Part shown: one piece after another, positions 46,840-56,613 of the stretch | Numbering within the stretch: position 1 is the first letter of the stretch | Layout: every line of letters begins with the position of its first letter | Notes under the pieces: generated by a model | The model's database searches: none | The model's input: only the letters and a program-made list of their open reading frames with translations | What the model was told of the DNA's origin: nothing | From: a virus | Strand: one strand, 5' to 3' | Virus record (IMG/VR): IMGVR_UViG_3300036668_000173 | Span: 23,313-87,312 of that record | Length of the DNA: 64,000 bases | Program-made: the position numbers and the translations under genes

Positions 46840-47130
46840 ATGACAAAAGATGATTTTGTTTTTTACATTTCGGCTTATGCCTATGAATATGATATTAAGT
46901 ACACCCAAATAGATTTTGGGTATTTAGAACAAGATGAGAAATCAGTATTTCGTACTGTGGCTCAAAGAGTAGTTGATCATTTAGGAAAAACTCTCACATC
47001 CGAAGATATGGAAAATATGATAAACGGTGATGATTATAAACGTTTATATGATTTTGTAAAGGCTACCATCATACTCGTAAAAGTTTATGTCGAGACAAAA
47101 TTAAAACTTGTAAAAGAATGTGGAAACTAA
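46840..47130 (+). CDS. Hypothetical protein
   Basis: ORF with GGGG SD. Confidence 0.55.
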   Translation: MTKDDFVFYISAYAYEYDIKYTQIDFGYLEQDEKSVFRTVAQRVVDHLGKTLTSEDMENMINGDDYKRLYDFVKATIILVKVYVETKLKLVKECGN

Positions 47131-47454
47131 CGGAGAATTAAATTATGATTTTATTTAAGGCGATTTGGGTTTTACTTTCTATAGCCTTCGGGTTGACCTT
47201 TTTGGTTTTAATGTTGAACTTTATCACATCATGAAAAAGGGCTTAATCGACATTTTATCGGATTCTGAAGTAGAGTCCCAGAAGTTTATTGAGTCTTTGT
47301 CTGTTCAAGAAATTGACACCTATACCCTAAGAAAAGCTTTTGCGACAGGTTACCTTTATGCCAAACTACAAGATATTCCTGAATTGAAATCACTATACGA
47401 TTAAACAAAAGCGTGGTACAATTAGATTTAGTCAACATTAATAGGAGCATTAAG

Positions 47455-47619
47455 ATGGAAGATTATTATTATGACTTCGCCGCTCAAGAAGAATCTGAAC
47501 GCGATATGGAAAAATTCTTAGAGTGGAAATTGTCTGGTAAGGTTGGTGGTAGTATTCCTGTTCTATCTGCCTCTACAAAAGAAGCCTTAGACGCTATGAA
47601 CGCACCACCAAGTCCTTAA
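47455..47619 (+). CDS. Small early hypothetical protein
   Basis: GTGGTACAAT promoter, AGGAG SD, followed by a terminator. Confidence 0.55.
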   Translation: MEDYYYDFAAQEESERDMEKFLEWKLSGKVGGSIPVLSASTKEALDAMNAPPSP

Positions 47620-47634
47620 TTTTGAATCACTAAT

Positions 47635-47668
47635 AAAGACCCCAATCTAACACGTTGGGGTCTTTTTT
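47635..47668 (+). terminator. Intrinsic terminator
   Basis: AAAGACCCCAA / TTGGGGTCTTT stem followed by a T run. Confidence 0.8.
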
Positions 47669-47715
47669 CGTGTATAATATATATGTAGTATGTTGATGTG
47701 GTTGTCGGAGAAATT

Positions 47716-48207
47716 ATGGTTTATTATTTTGATATGGATGGTGTTCTTGCTGATTGGGTAGGTGGTTTTGAATCTATGTTCCCTAAGGTTAGTTATGCGG
47801 ATTTTGGTTCTTTACCTGATATACACCGTGATGATTTTCGCTCTTGGATTGATAGCGATCCTAATTTTTATGCTGACTTGGTACCATTTGATCATGTCTT
47901 AGATGTAGTTCGTAAATTGGTCAGTGATGGTCATCGGGTCGAGATTCTTTCTTCGGTCGGTGAAGAGTTTCCTGATCTAATCATTGCAAAAAAACTAGAT
48001 TGGGTTGCTCGTCACTTGGGTTCGGATATGGTTTGTAACTTTGTAAATAAGAGCAGTGAGAAGGCTCGATATGCTCATCCTGATGCAATACTGTTCGATG
48101 ATCGAGTTAAGAGTATTGATCCATTCTCTAAGGCTGGTGGAATTGGTGTCTTGTATGATGGTCGTAGCGACGTAGATCTTAGTAGTGTAATCGACTCGAT
48201 TTTGTGA
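47716..48207 (+). CDS. HAD-family 5'(3')-deoxyribonucleotidase (NT5C-like)
   Basis: YFDMDGVLAD, ILSS, K..W and LFDD. Confidence 0.85.
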   Translation: MVYYFDMDGVLADWVGGFESMFPKVSYADFGSLPDIHRDDFRSWIDSDPNFYADLVPFDHVLDVVRKLVSDGHRVEILSSVGEEFPDLIIAKKLDWVARHLGSDMVCNFVNKSSEKARYAHPDAILFDDRVKSIDPFSKAGGIGVLYDGRSDVDLSSVIDSIL

Positions 48208-48232
48208 TATAATAAATCATAGGAGACAGGAA

Positions 48233-48484
48233 ATGAGCAAAATTACCAAAACACACAAAGTAGCCAAGGCAATTCGAGTCGGACAAAACATCATTTTCAA
48301 TGAGAAATTAGCCGATGGTCGTAGGTCTCTGAAAGTATATGGCTGGAAAACCAAAGAGTACGACTTGGCTAAACGTCTTCTTGAGTCTATGGGTTGTGAT
48401 GTTAAGATGGTAAAAAGTAGAAAGTTCGACCCACATGCATGTCGAGTTGTCAACAACATTCGCTTGTATGTGTCCGAGAATTAA
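48233..48484 (+). CDS. Hypothetical protein
   Basis: AGGAG SD; basic ORF. Confidence 0.6.
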   Translation: MSKITKTHKVAKAIRVGQNIIFNEKLADGRRSLKVYGWKTKEYDLAKRLLESMGCDVKMVKSRKFDPHACRVVNNIRLYVSEN

Positions 48485-48501
48485 AATGGAGGATTAAAGT
48501 T

Positions 48502-49806
48502 GTGGGTTATTATCTAGATTTAGCGCAAGGGGCATACGAACAGTATGCCCATTTTACACAGTCAAACCAGTTCCTAGGAGCCGCGGTAGCGGCTTTTGTC
48601 TTAGGCATCGTGGGTTACCTTGCCCGAGATGTTCCTAGGAGCATATACGCATGGGTGAAGCGTCAGGTGACCGTTAGTTTCGAGTTGCCCTTTGATGGAC
48701 AATGGCAGAACCAACAAATGTTCACTCAGTTAACGAATTGGTTTCATACCCATTCTAATGACTGGTTTTCTCGTTCCTTTTCCATTACTCAGTTCGAAGA
48801 AGACGATAGAATGTTTTTTGAAACAGGTAGCGAATCGGACGTATCCCACAAAATCATTTCGGGATCTGGTACCCATTGGGTTAGGTATGAAGGAAAATTT
48901 TACTGGTACTCTATTGAAATAGAGAAGGTTGGTTCTTCTTCGGCTAGTAACATTACCAAAAAGTCTTTGTCTGTCAAGACCTTAGGTATATCCACAAAAA
49001 AGCTACAAGCCCTCATCAAGATGATCGTTGGTGAAATTTCTCTAAAAGAATTTAAGCTGTACAGGTACCGTAATAATTATTGGGAAAGTACCTATGCATT
49101 CCCAAGACCTTTGGAATCGGTTATCACGAACCATACGATAAAGGAAGACGTAGTAGGGCATATCCAAAAGTTTATGGACTCTAGAAGTCGTTATATAGAG
49201 CTTGGTATAAATTATAAGTTATCCTTTCTCTTCTCTGGCGACCCTGGGACTGGAAAAACCAGCCTCGTGAAAGCCATTGCCTCTCACTATTGTATGAATC
49301 TATGTGTTCTGAACGTATCGGGTAGAGACGACGACGCCATTCAAAGTGCAATAGATAATATACCCAAAAGAGCTATTTTATTACTCGAAGACATTGATTG
49401 TGCCTCTGATTCGTTTTTGAGTCGAGAAGATAAGGAAGGAACCGTAAAGGAATCTAAAGAGACCACAGCGTTAAAGCCAAGGTCATCTACCTTATCAGGT
49501 ATTTTAAATTTGTTGGATGGCGTGAATACTCCTGACTCTTTAATCATAATGATGACGACAAACTATCCTGATAGGATCGACTCGGCAATTTTACGTAAAG
49601 GTCGTACTGATCATCATGTGGTATTAACGTCTTTGGATGATAAATCTATTCGAAAGTATGCTAGTCATGCATATGGTGGGAAGAGAATAGGGTACGATGG
49701 GAATTTGAAAGATATTAAGGGTTGTGATTTACAAGGTTTGATTTTTGAAAATGAAAACATTAAAGACTTTGAGTTAGCACTAATAGAAGCTCAAAAACTT
49801 AACTAG
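48502..49806 (+). CDS. BCS1-like membrane-anchored AAA ATPase
   Basis: N-terminal TM, RPLESV, GDPGTGKTS, LLEDID, TLSGILNLLDG and TTNYPDRIDSAILRKGRTD; GTG start after GGAGG. Confidence 0.82.
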   Translation: MGYYLDLAQGAYEQYAHFTQSNQFLGAAVAAFVLGIVGYLARDVPRSIYAWVKRQVTVSFELPFDGQWQNQQMFTQLTNWFHTHSNDWFSRSFSITQFEEDDRMFFETGSESDVSHKIISGSGTHWVRYEGKFYWYSIEIEKVGSSSASNITKKSLSVKTLGISTKKLQALIKMIVGEISLKEFKLYRYRNNYWESTYAFPRPLESVITNHTIKEDVVGHIQKFMDSRSRYIELGINYKLSFLFSGDPGTGKTSLVKAIASHYCMNLCVLNVSGRDDDAIQSAIDNIPKRAILLLEDIDCASDSFLSREDKEGTVKESKETTALKPRSSTLSGILNLLDGVNTPDSLIIMMTTNYPDRIDSAILRKGRTDHHVVLTSLDDKSIRKYASHAYGGKRIGYDGNLKDIKGCDLQGLIFENENIKDFELALIEAQKLN

Positions 49807-49829
49807 AATATATACGATGGAGAACTGTT

Positions 49830-50855
49830 ATGCGTAAACTTGCAAGTATTAGAACAATTGAAGCCATTCTTCCAATTGAAGGGGCAGACGCCATTGAGGT
49901 GGCTAAGATCGGTGGCTGGAAAGTTGTCACCCAGAAAGGCATTTATAAAGAAGGCGACGTAGCAATTTTTTGTGAGATCGATTCTTGGATTCCTCATGAA
50001 CTTGCCCCATTTTTATCAAAGGGTAAAGAGCCCCGTGAATTCAATGGCGTAAAAGGCGAACGTCTGCGTACCATTAGATTACGTGGTCAATTATCTCAGG
50101 GTCTTTTGTTATCGTTGTCGTCCCTTGAAAATATTTTGTCAGAAACATGGGAAGATGGTACTGATGTTACCGAGTTTTTAGGTATTCAGAAATGGGAAAT
50201 GCCAGTCAATGCCCAACTTCAAGGCGAGGCAAAAGGAAACTTTCCTTCTCAAATTCCCAAGACAGACTCTGAGAGAGTACAGAATTTATCAGCCTCGCTC
50301 ATTACAGGTTTATACAAGAATAAAGAACGTTTTGAAGTTACTGAAAAGTTAGAAGGTTCGTCAATGACCTGTTATTTACTTGATGGCGTATTTGGTGTAT
50401 GTTCGCGTAATATAGACTTGAAAGAAACAGAAGGTAATACGTTTTGGAAAGTTGCACGTCGTGAAAAGATTGAAGAAAAAATGCGAGTTGAGTTTGAACA
50501 CTTCGAAGGTGTTGCTATTCAAGGGGAATTAATCGGGCCTGGGATTCAAGGCAATTATTATAACTTACCTGATCACGAGTTCTATGTTTTTGATATTTTT
50601 GACTGTGACGAACAAGAATATTTAAAATCTTCTGAAAGAGAATGTATTATAGAAGCCATTGATTTAAAGCACGTACCTGTTATAAAACATAGTTTTGCTT
50701 TGCCATTTCCATCGGTAGATCATTTATTAGAGATGGCAGAAGGCTCCTCTGAATTAAATGATAAGATTACTCGAGAAGGCATTGTTTTTAAATTAGTCAA
50801 TGGGTCATTTAGTTTCAAGGCTGTATCTAACAAATATTTAATGGGTGAAAAGTAA
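49830..50855 (+). CDS. RNA ligase, DRB0094/Rnl5 family
   Basis: RKLASI, PIEGADAIE, LRGQLSQGL, TEKLEGSS (motif I), QGEL, REGIV and FKAVSN. Confidence 0.9.
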   Translation: MRKLASIRTIEAILPIEGADAIEVAKIGGWKVVTQKGIYKEGDVAIFCEIDSWIPHELAPFLSKGKEPREFNGVKGERLRTIRLRGQLSQGLLLSLSSLENILSETWEDGTDVTEFLGIQKWEMPVNAQLQGEAKGNFPSQIPKTDSERVQNLSASLITGLYKNKERFEVTEKLEGSSMTCYLLDGVFGVCSRNIDLKETEGNTFWKVARREKIEEKMRVEFEHFEGVAIQGELIGPGIQGNYYNLPDHEFYVFDIFDCDEQEYLKSSERECIIEAIDLKHVPVIKHSFALPFPSVDHLLEMAEGSSELNDKITREGIVFKLVNGSFSFKAVSNKYLMGEK

Positions 50856-51163
50856 TGACTAAAAAAGAAACTTTATTCAGGCTCTTGTATCAGTCAAAGC
50901 TAGACCGAGAAATATACTCGGATTCAATACCTTCTGATTTATCTGATGTGTTCTTAAATGGGTATACAGATTCCCTTCATAAGGATTACTCTGAATTACT
51001 CAACGCATTCTTTGGTCCTCATACACAATCTATAGAATGGTTTCTTTATGAATGGGAGCCTGGATACGAAGTAGGAATTGGTGGTGGTGTTGTTACTAAG
51101 ATACATAACATTGATGAGTATGTATCTTTTCTTAACACATTTGAAAACTTTGGAGTTGAATAA
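50855..51163 (+). CDS. Hypothetical protein, paralog A
   Basis: Highly similar to 53436-53741 at both DNA and protein level. Confidence 0.7.
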   Translation: MTKKETLFRLLYQSKLDREIYSDSIPSDLSDVFLNGYTDSLHKDYSELLNAFFGPHTQSIEWFLYEWEPGYEVGIGGGVVTKIHNIDEYVSFLNTFENFGVE

Positions 51164-51169
51164 ACTTAC

Positions 51170-51724
51170 ATGGATGAACAAAAGTACAGAGCGTTGGTTT
51201 GTGGTGGAAGAGAGTATTCCAATCAAGCTAAGATGTTTAGACTCTTAGATGTACTCAAAGAGTGTGAGCCAAACTTATTAATCATTCATGGGGGAGCAAA
51301 GGGTGCCGACTCATTGGGTGGTCAGTGGGCGTTAGATCGTGGCGTAGAGGTTCTTGTATTCCCTGCGGATTGGGATCAATACGGAAGAGGGGCAGGGTTT
51401 ATACGAAATGCACAAATGTTAAAAGAAGGGAAGCCCAATTTAGTTGTTGCCTTTTCTGGTGGAAGAGGGACAGAACATATGATTCAGTCCTCGGAGAAGG
51501 CAGGTGTAGAAGTAGTTGTTGTTCGAGAAATAAATTATCAACCTGTTGAAATAAAACTATGGTGTGATGAGGTACTTGAAAAATGCTTTGGATTGCCAAA
51601 GGCTGAAGCATGGTGGGACTCGAATAACAAGGCATTCAACAACCGACCACCGATCGAGGCTTTTAAAAAGGATCTAGAGGGTGTAGTGACGTATCTACAG
51701 AAACACATTGGTGGGTTGTGGTAA
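51170..51724 (+). CDS. YspA/DUF2493-type SLOG domain fused to an Xre/MbcA/ParS-like C-terminal domain
   Basis: LVCGGR, IHGGAKGAD, AGFIRN.QM and GGRGT; C-terminal FG..KAEAWW...NKAF..RPP...V..YL. Confidence 0.72.
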   Translation: MDEQKYRALVCGGREYSNQAKMFRLLDVLKECEPNLLIIHGGAKGADSLGGQWALDRGVEVLVFPADWDQYGRGAGFIRNAQMLKEGKPNLVVAFSGGRGTEHMIQSSEKAGVEVVVVREINYQPVEIKLWCDEVLEKCFGLPKAEAWWDSNNKAFNNRPPIEAFKKDLEGVVTYLQKHIGGLW

Positions 51725-51778
51725 TAAAACGGTTGGTGTATAATTGGTGTATGTCCTAATTTTTTATTGGAAACCATT

Positions 51779-52084
51779 ATGTCCTTTGCTCCTGATAATG
51801 TCTGCTTTGTCACTGGTGACAGTTCGATACTTGGATCGTTTCATGAAGTAGAATTTGGAAATTTCTTTGAGTTCTCTAAGAACAAAGATGAAGGAATTCC
51901 TCACTTAAGTGAGTATCCTCATAGAGTTTGGGTTACTACTCCTCGTGAAGGAATCGATCACGGATTTCGCTATGCGATCGTGAAAAAGACAGTCGCCTAC
52001 ATTGTAGTAGACGAAGACGATTACGGTGTTCCAGTTGTAGAGAAATGGAAATTGAAAAATAAGAATGATTATATTGCACCATAA
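51779..52084 (+). CDS. Hypothetical protein, paralog B
   Basis: Near-identical to 54424-54729; preceded by GTGTATAAT. Confidence 0.75.
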   Translation: MSFAPDNVCFVTGDSSILGSFHEVEFGNFFEFSKNKDEGIPHLSEYPHRVWVTTPREGIDHGFRYAIVKKTVAYIVVDEDDYGVPVVEKWKLKNKNDYIAP

Positions 52085-52107
52085 TCATTTTAACTTTGAG
52101 GAGATGT

Positions 52108-52608
52108 ATGGAAACGCCTAAGATAAAGCCCAAGTGTTATCAGTTGATCGGTCTGCCTGGGGTAGGTAAAACCACTTGGGTCAAGAACTATCGAAAGAAA
52201 GTCGGCTCAACTTTTGCATACATATCCACCGACAAATATATTGAGTCATATGCAAGGAAATTTAAGAGCACTTACAACACAGTGTTTGAAGATGTCATCG
52301 GGGATGCGCTTCGTGTGATGGTAGAAGAAGTCGTCGAAGCTCGTAGAAAAAATAAAGATATCGTATGGGATCAGACAAGTACCACAGTACAATCAAGAAA
52401 AAAGAAATTCGAAATGTTACCAGACTATGAGCACATCGCCGTGTGCATATTAAAGCCTGATGACGAAGAACATCAAAGAAGATTGAACAGTAGGGAGGGA
52501 AAAATTATACCACCACGCATAATTAGTGACATGTCCGAAGGTTTTGTTTTTCCGTCTGAAAACGAAGGGTTCACCAAAATATGGGTCGTTGCGCCATTCC
52601 ATGAATAA
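52108..52608 (+). CDS. P-loop polynucleotide-kinase-like protein (AAA_33)
   Basis: GLPGVGKTT, ISTD, WDQTS and RR..SR.GK.IP. Confidence 0.85.
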   Translation: METPKIKPKCYQLIGLPGVGKTTWVKNYRKKVGSTFAYISTDKYIESYARKFKSTYNTVFEDVIGDALRVMVEEVVEARRKNKDIVWDQTSTTVQSRKKKFEMLPDYEHIAVCILKPDDEEHQRRLNSREGKIIPPRIISDMSEGFVFPSENEGFTKIWVVAPFHE

Positions 52609-52801
52609 GAATACCCCCATAAAACTAACTGTCGCCATTGGCGATAAACGCCTTGATGCTTTCATGGAAAATACAGACGAAGAAAGCATAAAGGAACTCA
52701 TCGATCTATTGTGCCTAGAGATTCTAGAAAAAGATCAGGGCTCACAAGAAAGTGATAATTTACAACATCAATCAAAAAACATTGACCAAAAGGGTACCTA
52801 G
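52601..52801 (+). CDS. Hypothetical protein
   Basis: Overlaps the kinase stop. Confidence 0.45.
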   Translation: MNKNTPIKLTVAIGDKRLDAFMENTDEESIKELIDLLCLEILEKDQGSQESDNLQHQSKNIDQKGT

Positions 52802-52862
52802 GTTCACTGTTTTGGGTTATAATTAATTGTAGTTAATTCATATAACTTTAAAGGAAGTATAA

Positions 52863-53135
52863 ATGAATAAGTCGATTAAGCTAAATTTTTACTCGGATCC
52901 CGGTCACGGTTGGGTCAAAATCTTAAAATCTCGTCTTGTTGAATTAGGTATCGCTGATTCGATCTCTTCATATTCATATGAGCGCGGTGATTGGGCTTAT
53001 CTCGAAGAAGACTGCGACTACTCACGATTACATAATGCATTTTTAAAGGTCGGTGTTGCGATGGAGTTACGTCACTTCAACGCCAATAAATATTCAAAAA
53101 TTCGTAGCTACAACAGCTACAAAAAACCAGTTTAA
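52863..53135 (+). CDS. Conserved hypothetical protein
   Basis: DPGHGW and YLEEDCD motifs; early promoter GGTTATAAT upstream. Confidence 0.7.
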   Translation: MNKSIKLNFYSDPGHGWVKILKSRLVELGIADSISSYSYERGDWAYLEEDCDYSRLHNAFLKVGVAMELRHFNANKYSKIRSYNSYKKPV

Positions 53136-53146
53136 GGAAAACTAAA

Positions 53147-53443
53147 ATGGATAACTTCAAAAAATTAATTTCGGATATTCAGAACGGTACATTGTTCAAT
53201 GAGTCCTTAGACTCAAATAAATTAATCGATCTTGGTCTTGCGATTAAGTTTCGTCAAAAAATGATTGACGAGGCTAAGGACGATAGCTTAGGCATTGGCG
53301 ATAATGTTAATTGGTACTCCAAAAAAGACGATAAGAATCGTACTGGTTTTGTTGTGTCTAAGACTGCGAAAGTTGCGACAGTTCGAACCATACAGGGTGT
53401 TGTCAAAGTGTCAATTTCTTTGTTGACAAAAATCGATGACTGA
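53147..53443 (+). CDS. Hypothetical protein with an SH3/KOW-like C-terminus
   Basis: LGIGDNVNW...TGFV.....VATV. Confidence 0.6.
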   Translation: MDNFKKLISDIQNGTLFNESLDSNKLIDLGLAIKFRQKMIDEAKDDSLGIGDNVNWYSKKDDKNRTGFVVSKTAKVATVRTIQGVVKVSISLLTKIDD

Positions 53444-53741
53444 AAAAGAAACTCTCTTTAGGCTCTTATATGAGTCTAAAGTTGCCAGAAACAAATACTC
53501 AGATTCAATACCCTATGATTTATCTGGGGTATTCTTAAATGAGTATACAGATTCCCTTCATAGTGATTACTCTGCCTTACTCAAGGCATTCTTCGGTTCT
53601 CATACACAATCTATAGAATGGTTTCTTTATGAGTGGAAGTCTGGTTACGAAGTAGGAATTGATGGCGTTAACACCAAAATACATAACATTGATGAGTATG
53701 TATCTTTTCTTAAAACATTTGAAAACTTTGGAGTTGAATAA
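53436..53741 (+). CDS. Hypothetical protein, paralog A'
   Basis: Duplicate of 50855-51163. Confidence 0.7.
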   Translation: MTEKETLFRLLYESKVARNKYSDSIPYDLSGVFLNEYTDSLHSDYSALLKAFFGSHTQSIEWFLYEWKSGYEVGIDGVNTKIHNIDEYVSFLKTFENFGVE

Positions 53742-53909
53742 ACATGATTGATAAATTTGGAATACCATCATGAAATGGTTAGCGTTAATTAGCTCAATAT
53801 TATTAGCAGTCACCTTCATAACAACTGACATGAGCGTCAACCCACAATTATCCTTCTCGTCATTGTCTGGTGCGATATGGGCTTTACTATATGCATTTAA
53901 GGAATCGAA

Positions 53910-54341
53910 ATGAAATTATACATCGATACCGAGTTCAATGATTTTAGAGGAGAGTTAATCTCCATGGCATTAGTTGCAGATGATGGTACTGAGTTCTATG
54001 AAGTACTTGAATGCAAAGAGCCTACTGAATGGGTCGCAACAAATGTCATGCCAATTCTTGAAAAAAGTCCACTCGGAAAACTTGAATTTCAATTAAAGTT
54101 ACAAAACTTCCTAAGTGAGTTTGACTCTGTTCATATCATCGCAGACTGGCCAGAAGATCTTAAACATTTTTGCGAATCCTTGATACTTGGTCCAGGAATG
54201 AAGATGAGTCATCCTACCATCACTATGGCTATTTGTCCATGGTTATCATCTAATGGAAGTCTAGCACCACATAACGCTCTTTATGATGCTCGTGCCATAA
54301 TGATGGACGACCTTGAAAATACTTATCGTCATATGAAATAA
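53910..54341 (+). CDS. DEDDh 3'-5' exoribonuclease (Rv2179c/DUF5051-like)
   Basis: YIDTEFN, LISMALV and HNALYDARA. Confidence 0.82.
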   Translation: MKLYIDTEFNDFRGELISMALVADDGTEFYEVLECKEPTEWVATNVMPILEKSPLGKLEFQLKLQNFLSEFDSVHIIADWPEDLKHFCESLILGPGMKMSHPTITMAICPWLSSNGSLAPHNALYDARAIMMDDLENTYRHMK

Positions 54342-54423
54342 ATTCACCAATTATTTACTTTTCTGAAAAAATAGGTTATAATTACTGTATTACCTTTATA
54401 ATAACCTTTCTCTGGAATTTATT

Positions 54424-54729
54424 ATGTCCTTTGCTCCTGAAAATGTTTACTTTGTTACTGGCGACAGTTCGATACTTGGATCGTTTAATGAAGTAGAATG
54501 CGGCAATTTCTTTGAGTTCTCAAAGAACAAAGATGAAGGAATTCCTCACTTCTCTGACTATCCTCATAGAGTTTGGGTCACTACTCCACGCAAAGGAATT
54601 GATCACGGGTTTCGTTATGCGATCGTGAAAAAGACCGTTGCCTATATCGTAGTAGATGAAGACGAGAACGGTCTTCCAGTTGTAGAGAAATGGAAATTGA
54701 AAAATAAGAATGATTATATTGCACCATGA
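54424..54729 (+). CDS. Hypothetical protein, paralog B'
   Basis: Duplicate of 51779-52084; TTTACT-17-TATAAT early promoter upstream. Confidence 0.75.
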   Translation: MSFAPENVYFVTGDSSILGSFNEVECGNFFEFSKNKDEGIPHFSDYPHRVWVTTPRKGIDHGFRYAIVKKTVAYIVVDEDENGLPVVEKWKLKNKNDYIAP

Positions 54730-55271
54730 AAAATACCATTGCTTCTATTCTGATTCTGATTAGCGCAACAGGTTGTGCTGCGAACTCCAAGACATTCTTT
54801 ATCACTCCTGTTATTACCTCATCTATCAACTCTACGATAATTTCAGGAGTCGTGGTAGATGTTATTCCTATACCAGAAACACTGTATACGCCTGTACGAA
54901 ATAAGACGTGTATCAATACTCAAGTTCCTGTATATGGCAATACTTCTGCTTCAAATGGAATTATCGCAGTGACGGCTTTCATTACCAATATTGTTTCACC
55001 TGGCAATACCGCTGTCGCAGTTTCTAATGGTTCGGCAATTACAGAACGTGTTACGGGTTATACCGTGACCGAGTTGACTAATCAGAATAATATCGTAGGA
55101 TATCGCACTGTACCTGAGTGTCGAATAGTCGAAAGCGTTATTCAGTCTACGGTCATAAATTCATATAGAGTAGTAATAAGGGTTGGAGAACAAGATCTAA
55201 TGTTCATAACAACTAAGCAATATTATATTAGCCAAGATGTATCGATTGACGTTAACAGGAATTTATTATGA
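54726..55271 (+). CDS. Putative lipoprotein (YcfJ/glycine-zipper-like), paralog C
   Basis: Signal peptide with ATGC lipobox; similar to 58617-59177. Confidence 0.65.
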   Translation: MKNTIASILILISATGCAANSKTFFITPVITSSINSTIISGVVVDVIPIPETLYTPVRNKTCINTQVPVYGNTSASNGIIAVTAFITNIVSPGNTAVAVSNGSAITERVTGYTVTELTNQNNIVGYRTVPECRIVESVIQSTVINSYRVVIRVGEQDLMFITTKQYYISQDVSIDVNRNLL

Positions 55272-55483
55272 GATTAAAGGCAAAAACAAGTGACTTGGCA
55301 GGGTACACAATACCATCATCAGTTGCCGAAGGTATTACTCGAGAAGTGCTTGCAGAGCATAGATTTATGCTAACTGAGAAGTTGATGAGATCGGAAGAAG
55401 GAGAATGGATGCATCAGTCAGATGTTGAACTATATAAAAGAATCATAAACTCAATCGATACACTTCTTAATGAATACATGTAA
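55268..55483 (+). CDS. Hypothetical protein
   Basis: ATGA overlap; AGGA SD. Confidence 0.55.
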   Translation: MRLKAKTSDLAGYTIPSSVAEGITREVLAEHRFMLTEKLMRSEEGEWMHQSDVELYKRIINSIDTLLNEYM

Positions 55484-55517
55484 TAACCAAAAAAACAACT
55501 AAGGAATCTTTTTAAAC

Positions 55518-55955
55518 ATGAATAATAAATTTACTCTCGACCAAGAACTCGTAAAACAATCGGCCACTGATCTGGTCGGTCAATGTCATATGTTGGCAAA
55601 GTCTTCTGGTTGGTGGAATGGTCTTAATAGTGGTATGGATTTAACCTTTGACTATGAGGCAACTCGACAGGGATTGATTGAGCCATCTAAGAATATCGGG
55701 GAACTCCTTTGCTTGGTTCATTCGGAAGTATCCGAAGCCATGGAAGGTGCGCGTAAAAAGATGATGGACGATAAGTTACCACACCGTTCGATGTTAGAGG
55801 TAGAGTTAGCCGACGCACTTATTCGTATCTTTGACATGGCAGGCGGATTAAATCTCGACGTCGCTGGGGCGATTGCCGAAAAACTAGTGTACAATGCAAG
55901 TCGTGCAGATCACAAACCTTCTAACCGCTCTAAGGCGGGTGGTAAGGCATTCTAA
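55518..55955 (+). CDS. MazG-like NTP pyrophosphohydrolase
   Basis: LVHSEVSEAMEG, EVELADALIRIFD and EK..YN..R.DH. Confidence 0.85.
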   Translation: MNNKFTLDQELVKQSATDLVGQCHMLAKSSGWWNGLNSGMDLTFDYEATRQGLIEPSKNIGELLCLVHSEVSEAMEGARKKMMDDKLPHRSMLEVELADALIRIFDMAGGLNLDVAGAIAEKLVYNASRADHKPSNRSKAGGKAF

Positions 55956-55976
55956 TTTAATAGGAAACAATATATT

Positions 55977-56399
55977 ATGGAAAATACATATAGCCGATTC
56001 GATTTTGAACAACAGATTCTGAGGTGTTGGGGCATCATTGACGACCTTAGAGAAATTAAAAGTAGTGTAGAAGGCGATAAAGGATCAGAGAACTTTGTAT
56101 CCTATCTAGATAGTCTTTGCGTATTGTATGAGTTGAAGTTTAGCGAATTATTCAGGCAGTTTGAGTTATCAATAGAAAAACCTTTTGCCCATACCATTTT
56201 CATCTGCGCTGGTAATATCATACAATATGATGCCTATGTTAAACAGTTTCGAGACGTTTCGCCATTTAGATTTTTGAATTGGCCTGATCAAATCAGAGGT
56301 ACGGTCAATCCTATTGTTCATTACATTGGAACGTATGAACATAGAAAGGACATTGCAGAAATAAGAGATATGGTTAAAACTTCAACTAGAACATCTTGA
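55977..56399 (+). CDS. Hypothetical protein
   Basis: RFDFEQQI..CW.I.DDL...YELKF..LF motif. Confidence 0.6.
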   Translation: MENTYSRFDFEQQILRCWGIIDDLREIKSSVEGDKGSENFVSYLDSLCVLYELKFSELFRQFELSIEKPFAHTIFICAGNIIQYDAYVKQFRDVSPFRFLNWPDQIRGTVNPIVHYIGTYEHRKDIAEIRDMVKTSTRTS

Positions 56400-56400
56400 T

Positions 56401-56613
56401 ATGAGATACTATACCCATGAAGAGTTTGATAGCATCAAGTCTCATATCATTACTCAATCAGAGGAAGATATTCGTAACGATTATTATCCATACTGGTATG
56501 GGAAGATGTGCGGTAAGTTCGGCAAGGAATGTGTAGACACCAACTACACATTCGAAGACTGCCTAGATGACTATAAAATTGTTACGTTTGCATTGGAGAT
56601 AAAAAATGTTTGA
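56401..56613 (+). CDS. Hypothetical protein
   Basis: SEEDIR..YYPYW...M...CLDD. Confidence 0.6.
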   Translation: MRYYTHEEFDSIKSHIITQSEEDIRNDYYPYWYGKMCGKFGKECVDTNYTFEDCLDDYKIVTFALEIKNV

